A stretch of DNA of 64,000 nucleotides from Candidatus Heimdallarchaeota archaeon. Lineage in GTDB: Archaea > Asgardarchaeota > Heimdallarchaeia > Heimdallarchaeales > Heimdallarchaeaceae. The translations under genes were made by a program, and so were the position numbers. Under the pieces are notes generated by a model. It had not been told where the DNA came from. It ran no database searches and was given only the letters and a program-made list of their open reading frames with translations. The stretch is taken from positions 1 to 64,000 of the forward strand of contig DAOVET010000003.1 of NCBI GenBank assembly GCA_030668825.1, in the 5' to 3' direction. Shown in pieces: positions 57,176 to 64,000 of this stretch (position 1 is the stretch's first letter; each line of letters starts with the position of its first letter).

Positions 57176-58120
57176 TCATTTCTTCTTGGACTTTTCTTTT
57201 GGTTTTTCTTCTTCCTTATCTTCTTTCTTTGATTTGGAAGCTTTAACATCTTTCTTTGGTTTTTCTTCTTTCTTATCTTCTTTCTTTGGTTTGGAAGCCT
57301 TAACATCTTTCTTTGATTTTGAAACTTTATCAACTTCTTCCAGTTCTTCAAACTCGTCTTTGGGTTTCTTCTTTTTCTTCTTACTCTCTTCTTCTGTTAT
57401 TTTTTCGAGTTCTTCATCGATATCTGGAAACTCTTCTAATTCTTCAATAACTTCTTCACTAACTTCTTCGATAATCTCAGGTTCTTCTTCTATACCAATA
57501 TCCACTATCATGGATGTTGAAGTTGGTTCAGCTTCAATAGTAATGTCATCAGGTAAAATTGCATCTCCCCTCATGATTCGAACTTGAATACCTATTAATC
57601 CTCGTCGAATAAGGGCTGTTGCTTTTCCTATATCGACATATCGCTCTGCAGGATCTCCTGCCTTTGCAACAAAACCAGCTCTGAATGTTTCAACTCTTGC
57701 TCTTTGACTAGTGATCTTTCCACTAATCTTTATTTCAATACCTTTGGCTCCAACTGATAATATACGTCTAATTATACCATGAGCACTTCTACGAAAATGA
57801 CGTCCCCTCTCTAAAGAAGATGCTAAACGAAACGCCATAATACGGGCATCAAGTTCTGGATTTTCTACCTCGGTTACCTCAATTTGTGGATTATCTAAAT
57901 CATATTGCTCGCGTAATGCTTCAGTAATCCTGTGGATGTTTCTTCCTCTTCCCCCAATCGCTAATCCTACTCTCCCCACTTTAAGAATAACACGATCTCC
58001 CAAAGGTGTTCTTCTAAGTTCAACTCCCCCATATTCAGCATTTTTTAATTCTTCAGCTAAATATTCGTCAATTGCATTTTTTTGATATTTTTTTAATAGA
58101 TAGTCTTTTGTTGTAGGCAT
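57176..58120 (-). CDS. rps3: 30S ribosomal protein uS3 with long acidic/Lys-rich C-terminal extension
   Basis: KH motif IGGRGRNI, GAKGIEIKISGK, G.IGIQVRIM; about 115-aa E/K tail; start refined to ATG 58120. Confidence 0.96.
   Translation of the reverse strand: MPTTKDYLLKKYQKNAIDEYLAEELKNAEYGGVELRRTPLGDRVILKVGRVGLAIGGRGRNIHRITEALREQYDLDNPQIEVTEVENPELDARIMAFRLASSLERGRHFRRSAHGIIRRILSVGAKGIEIKISGKITSQRARVETFRAGFVAKAGDPAERYVDIGKATALIRRGLIGIQVRIMRGDAILPDDITIEAEPTSTSMIVDIGIEEEPEIIEEVSEEVIEELEEFPDIDEELEKITEEESKKKKKKPKDEFEELEEVDKVSKSKKDVKASKPKKEDKKEEKPKKDVKASKSKKEDKEEEKPKEKSKKK
57200..57313 (-). repeat. Two tandem 57-bp repeats in the uS3 tail
   Basis: Encode KKDVKASK(P/S)KKEDK(K/E)EEKP twice. Confidence 0.85.
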
Positions 58121-58125
58121 AATTA

Positions 58126-58590
58126 TCACATCTCAGCTACTTCTGCTACTAATTCTACATGGATAAATTGTCTCATTTTAGGTGAAGAACTTCCATGAGC
58201 TCGGTAAAACATACCTTGTTGTCTTGTTCCTTGTAGAGTTACAGCATGAGTAATCCTACATTTATCTAACTGTAATTGATTATTTTCCGCATTGTTTTCT
58301 AGATTTCTTACAACTTTAAGAATCTCTGTTGCAGCTTTCATAGGATATCTGCCACTTGCCCAACCAACTACGCTACTTTTGTGTCCTACATTATTTTTGA
58401 ATCGTCTATATGGGACTGCAAGTTTCTTATCAATTACAGCCTCAAGAAACTCAATAGTTTGATGAATTGTCATACCCTTAATTGTGTTACAAACTTCGCG
58501 AGCTGCCTTTCTACTAACATCGATACCTCTAGCAGAGGCTTTGGCTGATCTATCAGGATCTGTTTGAACTGAATATTTGTATTTTGGCAA
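58126..58590 (-). CDS. rpl22: 50S ribosomal protein uL22
   Basis: VS.KAAREVC..IKGM, VPYRR, GRYP.KAA, NAE, RAHG; TTG start. Confidence 0.96.
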   Translation of the reverse strand: MPKYKYSVQTDPDRSAKASARGIDVSRKAAREVCNTIKGMTIHQTIEFLEAVIDKKLAVPYRRFKNNVGHKSSVVGWASGRYPMKAATEILKVVRNLENNAENNQLQLDKCRITHAVTLQGTRQQGMFYRAHGSSSPKMRQFIHVELVAEVAEM

Positions 58591-59004
58591 TCTTATATCT
58601 CCTGTATATTCGTGTTACTATTGACTACATTAGCGAGTAAGAGTACAATTTTTAAGGTTTATTAACGGATACAAATTGTATTAACTGTTACCCGGCAAGT
58701 AAAATCGACTATTTGTTATTTAAAATGGTTTTCTTTAATGAGCAAATAAAAGAAAGAACAATTTAATTATATTCTGAAAGTTTTTTCAGCATTTAAATTT
58801 CAATTTTTGAAAAACTTAACAATAACAACTATTAAAAAGATAAATGATGGAGAAAATCTGTCGATATAGTTTCAAATTAAACAAAAACTAAAAACAGGTA
58901 TGCGACGTCTTACTCCAAAAGAAATTCTGGAGCCGAAATTATTTTCCTGTGTTTTTAACATGGGAAAATATGGGTATAAGACGCTTTACCGAGGTGACAA
59001 AAAA

Positions 59005-59337
59005 ATGAGTGAAGTAAAGAATATAGGTGTTCCTGGAGTGGAACCACCTACCACAGAATGTGAAGATCCACGTTGTCCTTTTCATGGTAAACTTCCAGTT
59101 AGAGGGAGGATTTTCACAGGAAAAGTGGTTTCTGACAAGATGAGACGAACTGTCGTTATTAGGAGAGATTATCTTCAGTATGTGAAAAAATACAGAAGAT
59201 ATGAACGTGCTCATGGAAAGATTTCTGCCCATAACCCTCCTTGTTTAAATGTTAAAGAAGGTGATATGGTTTTAGCAGCAGAATGCCGACCACTCGCAAA
59301 AACTGTGAGTTTTGTTGTTATACAAAAACTAAACTAA
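59005..59337 (+). CDS. rps17: 30S ribosomal protein uS17
   Basis: CEDPRCPFHG.L.VRG, KY.RYER, AHNPPC, ECRPLAKT; start refined to ATG 59005 behind GAGGTGA. Confidence 0.97.
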   Translation: MSEVKNIGVPGVEPPTTECEDPRCPFHGKLPVRGRIFTGKVVSDKMRRTVVIRRDYLQYVKKYRRYERAHGKISAHNPPCLNVKEGDMVLAAECRPLAKTVSFVVIQKLN

Positions 59338-59346
59338 GGTGATAAA

Positions 59347-59763
59347 ATGGCAAAAAGAAAAACAGTCGGAAGGACTCAAGTTCATATCACTAAAGGATTG
59401 ATAGTTGGTTCTAAATTACGCTGCGCGGATAATTCTGGTGCAAGAATTGTGCAAATTATTGCAGTAAAAAATTATAGAGGAAGATTAAACAGGATTCCCA
59501 AAGCTTCTGTTGCAAATATGGTTATAGTATCAGTGAAGCAAGGAACACCTCAAAGAAGAAAGCAAATCTTCTCTGCAGTGATTGTAAGACAACGTTCCCC
59601 TTATCGTAGAAGATCGGGAGATTGGATACAATTTGAGGAAAATGCTGTGGTTCTTACAAATGAAGTAGGAGACCCACTTGGAAGCGAGATTAGAGGACCG
59701 GTTGCTAAGGAAGCAGCAGAAAAATGGCCAAGAATAGCTCACCAAGCTTCCATAATCGTATAG
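59347..59763 (+). CDS. rpl14: 50S ribosomal protein uL14
   Basis: CADNSGAR, AVIVRQR..YRR, FEENA, GPVAKEAAE. Confidence 0.97.
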   Translation: MAKRKTVGRTQVHITKGLIVGSKLRCADNSGARIVQIIAVKNYRGRLNRIPKASVANMVIVSVKQGTPQRRKQIFSAVIVRQRSPYRRRSGDWIQFEENAVVLTNEVGDPLGSEIRGPVAKEAAEKWPRIAHQASIIV

Positions 59764-59772
59764 GTGATTAAA

Positions 59773-60339
59773 ATGAAACAAACCAAGTCAATACAACCTC
59801 GTAAACAGAGGAAGAGTCATTTCAAAGCTGAATATCATATCAGAAATCGTAAAATGACTGCTCTATTATCTCATGCATTAAGAGAAAAATATGGTATCCG
59901 CCGTTTGCCTATACACAGAAACGATAAGGTAACAGTCTTCAAAAACAAATCACAAGACGCAGAAATTAAAGGAAAAGTCATTAGGGTTCTACCACAAAGA
60001 TATGCAGTTCATATTGAAGGACACAGTAAAGAAAAAGCAGATGGAACTATTGTCAGCTTTCCAGTTCATCCAAGTAATGTTGTGATAACCTCACTAAATT
60101 TAAGAGATAAAAAGAGACGAGCTATTATTCAGCGAAGGTCTAAAAAAGAAATAACTGATGAAGAATTAGCTGAAGATATTTTTGACGAAGATGAAGAGTT
60201 AACTGAAGAACTAGAAGATCTTGATATGCTAGACGATGAGAATATCCTCGAAGAAGATTTCGAGGATCTTGATATGGATGAATTAGATGAAGGAGAAGAA
60301 AAAACTCCTGACACTGAAGCAAAGGAGGAATCAGAATGA
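59773..60339 (+). CDS. rpl24: 50S ribosomal protein uL24 with acidic C-terminal extension
   Basis: SIQPRKQRK, LS..LR.KY, K.DG....PVHPSNV.I; about 60-aa D/E tail. Confidence 0.95.
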   Translation: MKQTKSIQPRKQRKSHFKAEYHIRNRKMTALLSHALREKYGIRRLPIHRNDKVTVFKNKSQDAEIKGKVIRVLPQRYAVHIEGHSKEKADGTIVSFPVHPSNVVITSLNLRDKKRRAIIQRRSKKEITDEELAEDIFDEDEELTEELEDLDMLDDENILEEDFEDLDMDELDEGEEKTPDTEAKEESE

Positions 60340-61082
60340 CCAAGGGCGGTGGAAAAAGACATCTGAAGAGATACGTTGTATCAAAACATGTCCCCATCAG
60401 TAAAAAAACTGATAAATACGCTGTCAGACCTTCCCCTGGTCCTCATGCAGCTTATGATTGTATTCCTGTAGCTATTCTACTAAGAGATATGTTCCATTTT
60501 GCACGAAACATGAGCGAAGTTAAACGTATTCTCCATGAAAGAAATGTTGTCGTTGATGGTAGAGTTAAAACAAACAGAAAATACCCTCTAGGGTTTATGG
60601 ATGTTTTATCTTTACCCAAAATGCAAAGGCACTATAGGATGATTTACACAATTAAGAAAGGATTAAGAGCTATCCCAATAGATGAAAGCGAAACAACTGA
60701 AAAACTGTGTCAAATAAAGAACAAAACCACAATTAAAGATGGTTTAATACAACTAAATTTACATGACGGAAGAAATATAGTTCTTAGCAAAGAAGAAAAA
60801 ACTAATTCAACTTATGCTACTCATGATACCATAAAAATTTCTCTACCTGAACAAAAGATTCTAGAGAAATTTGAGCTTAAAGTAGGAACATATGGATTTG
60901 TTACTAGTGGAAGATGGATGGGTAGGCATGGTGCTATTGAAGAAATTAGTGCTCATGGAACTAAGAAAACAAAAACTGTTACCCTTAGTACTCCTGATGG
61001 TGAAAAAATAGTCACACTTTACAGATATATTTTTGTTGTAGGGGATCAATCTCCAAGTGTGACAATTGAAGGTAAGAAGTAG
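60336..61082 (+). CDS. rps4e: 30S ribosomal protein eS4
   Basis: HLKR, PSPGPH, VDGRV.....P.GFMDV, LNLHDGRN. Confidence 0.97.
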   Translation: MTKGGGKRHLKRYVVSKHVPISKKTDKYAVRPSPGPHAAYDCIPVAILLRDMFHFARNMSEVKRILHERNVVVDGRVKTNRKYPLGFMDVLSLPKMQRHYRMIYTIKKGLRAIPIDESETTEKLCQIKNKTTIKDGLIQLNLHDGRNIVLSKEEKTNSTYATHDTIKISLPEQKILEKFELKVGTYGFVTSGRWMGRHGAIEEISAHGTKKTKTVTLSTPDGEKIVTLYRYIFVVGDQSPSVTIEGKK

Positions 61083-61089
61083 GTGATGA

Positions 61090-61659
61090 TTGATGACAGA
61101 AGAAGTAATGGAACAAACACAATTTGAGCCTAAATTTGCTGAAGAATGGAAGAAGAATCCAATGAAAAAGCCAAAGCTAAAAGCTCTTATCGTCAATACA
61201 TGTGTCGGTGAATCAGGTCCAAAGTATGAACGTTCAAAGGAAATTCTAAGACAGATAACTAATAGAGAGCCTGTTGATAGGCAAGCAAAAGAATCTATCA
61301 GAGGTTTTAACATCAGAAAAGGTGAACCAATTGCTTCACTTGTAACTCTGAGGGGAGATGAAGCTGGTAAAGCCTTGAAACGATTTCTGTATGCATATGA
61401 TTACGAAATTAAGCATTCATCTTTTGATGAACAAGGTAATTTTGCTTTTGGAATAACAGAACATGTTGATATTGAGGATGCACCATTTGATCCTATGTTA
61501 GGAACTATTGGTTTTAATGTAGTTGTTAAAATTGAAAGAGCTGGATATAGACTCAAATATCGCCAAAGAAAAAGACAAAGTATCCCAAAAAAGCACTTTA
61601 TAAGTCCTGAAGAAGCCATGGAATATCTAGTGACAGAATTTGGGCTGAAGATAATTTAG
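61090..61659 (+). CDS. rpl5: 50S ribosomal protein uL5
   Basis: NPMKKP, VGESG, FNIRKGEPI...VTLRG, FDEQGNFAFGI.EH. Confidence 0.97.
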   Translation: MMTEEVMEQTQFEPKFAEEWKKNPMKKPKLKALIVNTCVGESGPKYERSKEILRQITNREPVDRQAKESIRGFNIRKGEPIASLVTLRGDEAGKALKRFLYAYDYEIKHSSFDEQGNFAFGITEHVDIEDAPFDPMLGTIGFNVVVKIERAGYRLKYRQRKRQSIPKKHFISPEEAMEYLVTEFGLKII

Positions 61660-61668
61660 GTGACGGAA

Positions 61669-61836
61669 ATGCAAGAGAAAAGAGAAATTAAATATGGTAA
61701 AGGCTCAAGACGATGCAGACGTTGTGGTACTCATCAAGCTATTATAAGACGAGGAGGACTATATGTTTGTAGACGATGCATTAGAGAAATATACGCCAAA
61801 ATAGGTTTCAAGAAAACCGGCGGTAGAGGAGGATAA
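61669..61836 (+). CDS. rps14: 30S ribosomal protein uS14, Zn-binding (not in ORF track)
   Basis: Hand translation MQEKREIKYGKGSRRCRRCGTHQAIIRRGGLYVCRRCIREIYAKIGFKKTGGRGG; between uL5 and uS8. Confidence 0.95.
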   Translation: MQEKREIKYGKGSRRCRRCGTHQAIIRRGGLYVCRRCIREIYAKIGFKKTGGRGG

Positions 61837-61851
61837 GGAGGTAATATAAAA

Positions 61852-62241
61852 ATGCAAATGGATACACTAGCAGATGCCTTAACATCGATTCTGAATGCTG
61901 AAAAAACTGGAAAGAAAACCGTCACGGTCAAACCTGCAAGTAAAATAATTGCTAATGTTTTGCGAACAGTTCAAAGAGCAGGATATCTAGGAGAACTAGA
62001 ATATATCGAAAATAACAGAGGGGGAATGTTCGACATCCAACTTTTAGGTCGTATAAACAAGTGCGGTGTTATTAAACCTCGTTTTCCAATCCAAAAAGAT
62101 AAATTTGAGGATGAAGAACGTGCGTTTCTTCCCGCAAGAGGATTCGGTATACTTGTAGTCACTACCTCAGAAGGCGTTATGACACACGAAGATGCAAAAG
62201 AGAAAAACATCGGTGGTCGTTTATTGGCTTACATATACTAG
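61852..62241 (+). CDS. rps8: 30S ribosomal protein uS8
   Basis: DTLADAL..I.NAE, GRINKCGVIKPRF, LPARGFG..V.TTSEGVM.H. Confidence 0.97.
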   Translation: MQMDTLADALTSILNAEKTGKKTVTVKPASKIIANVLRTVQRAGYLGELEYIENNRGGMFDIQLLGRINKCGVIKPRFPIQKDKFEDEERAFLPARGFGILVVTTSEGVMTHEDAKEKNIGGRLLAYIY

Positions 62242-62251
62242 GGCGATTAAA

Positions 62252-62803
62252 ATGAAACAGTTATACATCAAAAGAAGTATCGAACTTCCTGAAGATTTGA
62301 AGATAACCGTTAAAGATCGGCATGTAACTGTTGAAGGACCTAAAGGTACTTTGACAAGAAACTTTGATCCAACTGATGTCGAAATTACAAAGAAAGGCAA
62401 AAAAGTTGATATCAAAGCTTATTATATAAACAAAAAACGAAAAGCATCAACCCTTGCAGTAGTTGGGTACATAAACAACATGGTCAAGGGCGTAATGCAG
62501 GGTTATACATACAAATCTAAGATTGTTTTTAGTCATTTTCCTTTGACAGTTGAACCAGACAATAAGAAGAAAATTATAACCATCAAGAATTTGTATGGTG
62601 GTCGTAAGCACATAGTTGTTCCTATAGTCGGTCCTGAAACTACAGTTAAAGTTGACAAAGATGATGTCATCATCGAAGGTATTGATAAAGAAGCAGTAGG
62701 TCAAACAACAGCTAATATGCAAGAAGCATGTAGGTTAAGGGGTAAAAGAAAGAAAGATCCAGAAACCTTCATGGATGGCATTTGGCTATGGGATAAAGAA
62801 TAA
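62252..62803 (+). CDS. rpl6: 50S ribosomal protein uL6
   Basis: V.GPKG.L.R.F, NMVKGV..GY.Y, HFP, KD...F.DGI; start refined to ATG 62252. Confidence 0.96.
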   Translation: MKQLYIKRSIELPEDLKITVKDRHVTVEGPKGTLTRNFDPTDVEITKKGKKVDIKAYYINKKRKASTLAVVGYINNMVKGVMQGYTYKSKIVFSHFPLTVEPDNKKKIITIKNLYGGRKHIVVPIVGPETTVKVDKDDVIIEGIDKEAVGQTTANMQEACRLRGKRKKDPETFMDGIWLWDKE

Positions 62804-62850
62804 TCCCTTCTTTTTTATTTTTCATTTTTAATACTTTATTTAATTTCTAA
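62804..62850 (+). terminator. U-rich tract after uL6
   Basis: TCCCTTCTTTTTTATTTTTCATTTT, opening a ~190-bp AT-rich spacer before eL32. Confidence 0.45.
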
Positions 62851-62993
62851 TACTTCTAAATTTGAATGTGAATTTTATTATTATGATTTTTTAGGGAGCT
62901 TTGTGATTCCGTTCTAGAATTTCTTAACGATAAAAAGTATTAAAAACACCAGAAAGTAGGTAGCATAATTACAAAGGTAACATTCTACCGTGA

Positions 62994-63527
62994 GTGCCTA
63001 TGACAGTCAATAAAAAACGATTGTTGGAAAAACGAAAAAAAATCAATGCTCGTAGACCTAACTTTGTACGTCAAGAAAGTTGGCGCTACAATAGAGTCAA
63101 GAAAAGTTGGCGAAAGCCCAAGGGTATTGATAATAAAATGAAAGAAAAACGCAAAGGTGTTCCTGCAATGGTCAGCGTTGGTTATAGAGGACCAAAAGCT
63201 GTCAGAGGTCTGCATCCTTCGGGTTATCAGGTAGTTCATGTTGCTAATATCTACGAACTTGATAAAGTAGATAAAGAGGCTGAAGCAGTAATTATTAAAC
63301 ACACTGTGGGGTCTCGAAAAAGGCAAACAATTCTCGACACAGCAGCAGATTTGGGTTTGAAAGTACTGAATCCACCAGCTCGAATTGAAGAGTTTGGTGA
63401 AGTACTCGAAGATACTATGCTCGAGGAAGAGTATGAACTATTAGATGAAGATTTCGAATTGGATGAAGATTTCGAGTTGGACGAAGACCTTGAAAAAGAT
63501 GAAGAGTCAAAAGATGATTCTTCATAG
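62994..63527 (+). CDS. rpl32e: 50S ribosomal protein eL32 with acidic C-terminal extension
   Basis: P.F.RQE, WRKPKGIDNK, GYRGP..VRGLHPSG, VG.RKR, VLNP; D/E tail. Confidence 0.96.
   Translation: MPMTVNKKRLLEKRKKINARRPNFVRQESWRYNRVKKSWRKPKGIDNKMKEKRKGVPAMVSVGYRGPKAVRGLHPSGYQVVHVANIYELDKVDKEAEAVIIKHTVGSRKRQTILDTAADLGLKVLNPPARIEEFGEVLEDTMLEEEYELLDEDFELDEDFELDEDLEKDEESKDDSS
63444..63497 (+). repeat. Three tandem 18-bp repeats in the eL32 tail
   Basis: GATGAAGATTTCGAATTG / GATGAAGATTTCGAGTTG / GACGAAGACCTTGAAAAA, encoding DEDFEL DEDFEL DEDLEK. Confidence 0.85.
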
Positions 63528-63553
63528 AACAAAACTAACGTGAGGTTAAGTTT

Positions 63554-64000
63554 ATGGACGTAAAAACTCAAAGAAAAATAGCTGCTAAAGTATTAAAGGT
63601 CGGTGTTAACAGAGTTATAATCGAACCTGATAGTTTAAGTGATGTTGCTTTAGCGATTACTAGAGAGGATATTAGACGTCATATAGATGACGGCGATATC
63701 AGAAAAAGAAAGGTTAAAGGAGTTAGTAGAGGGAGAGCAAAAGCTGTTGCGGCTAAGAAGAGAAAGGGTCAAAGAATTGGTCCCGGTAGTCGTAAAGGTT
63801 CTAAATACTCTCGTCTTTCTGGTAAAGACAGATGGATCTCAAAAATACGAGCTCAACGAAAATACCTTAAAAACCTTAGAGATGAAGGATATATTGATAC
63901 TTTAAATTACAGAAAGTTATATCTCCAAACTAAAGGTGGCCTTTTCCGCTCTGTACGCTATCTTCGAAATTATATTGCTGAACATGGTTTAGCAAAGAAA
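63554..64000 (+). CDS. rpl19e: 50S ribosomal protein eL19 (runs off the window edge; not in ORF track)
   Basis: Hand translation MDVKTQRKIAAKVLKVGVNRV...AITREDIR...GVSRGR...GPGSRKG...YRKLYLQTKGG.F. Confidence 0.96.
   Translation, partial: MDVKTQRKIAAKVLKVGVNRVIIEPDSLSDVALAITREDIRRHIDDGDIRKRKVKGVSRGRAKAVAAKKRKGQRIGPGSRKGSKYSRLSGKDRWISKIRAQRKYLKNLRDEGYIDTLNYRKLYLQTKGGLFRSVRYLRNYIAEHGLAKK

Noticed and set aside
57163-57587. 62-aa repeat ORF (-) and 133-aa Ser/Phe-rich ORF (+)
   Set aside because: Alternative-frame and antisense products of the low-complexity uS3 tail.
58900-59004. 35-aa N-terminal extension of uS17 in the ORF track
   Set aside because: A GAGGTGA Shine-Dalgarno precedes ATG 59005, where homology begins.
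60129-63571. Ser-rich minus-strand ORFs at 60129-60397 and 63251-63571
   Set aside because: Antisense shadows of the acidic tails of uL24 and eL32.
63687-63905. 72-aa + strand ORF in the track
   Set aside because: Out-of-frame overlap with eL19, which starts at 63554.
1-64000. CRISPR arrays, transposases, inteins, rRNA, SRP RNA or RNase P RNA
   Set aside because: No regularly spaced repeats, no transposase motifs, AtpA and Hef are of normal length, and no long GC-rich structured intergenic stretch was seen by eye. A covariance-model search was not possible.

Overview
A gene-dense, AT-rich (roughly one-third GC by eye) core-genome segment of an archaeon, most likely an Asgard archaeon of the Heimdallarchaeia type. 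That placement is inferred from eL38, GINS/PCNA/TFS/TFE, a non-catalytic-looking EndA subunit and eukaryote-like accessory proteins; no phylogeny was run. The window holds about 75 protein genes, mostly information processing: ribosomal proteins, RNAP subunits, tRNA/rRNA modification, aRF1, aIF2-alpha, SRP54, PAN, Hef, PINA, AspRS and ValRS. It also has a dispersed A/V-type ATP synthase gene set and five tRNAs (Val-TAC, Leu-CAA, Pro-CGG, Leu-TAA, Ile-GAT), three with 37/38 introns. Four genes missing from the ORF track were recovered by hand: partial PGI/PMI, Nop10, uS14 and partial eL19. I saw no mobile element, CRISPR array or rRNA. The most interesting leads are (1) a membrane-anchored coiled-coil/polyproline protein ending in a WH2- or MIM1-like helix, a candidate actin or ESCRT adaptor; (2) a 2-TM protein resembling eukaryotic DPM2; (3) a tandem bactofilin-like pair, one with a SHOCT-like head; (4) a surface-anchored caspase-fold protease; (5) a HAAS-PadR membrane signalling pair; (6) several apparent pseudo-enzymes; (7) acidic tails on three ribosomal proteins; and (8) repeated in-place inversions of conserved operons. 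All family assignments come from motif recognition by eye, not database searches.
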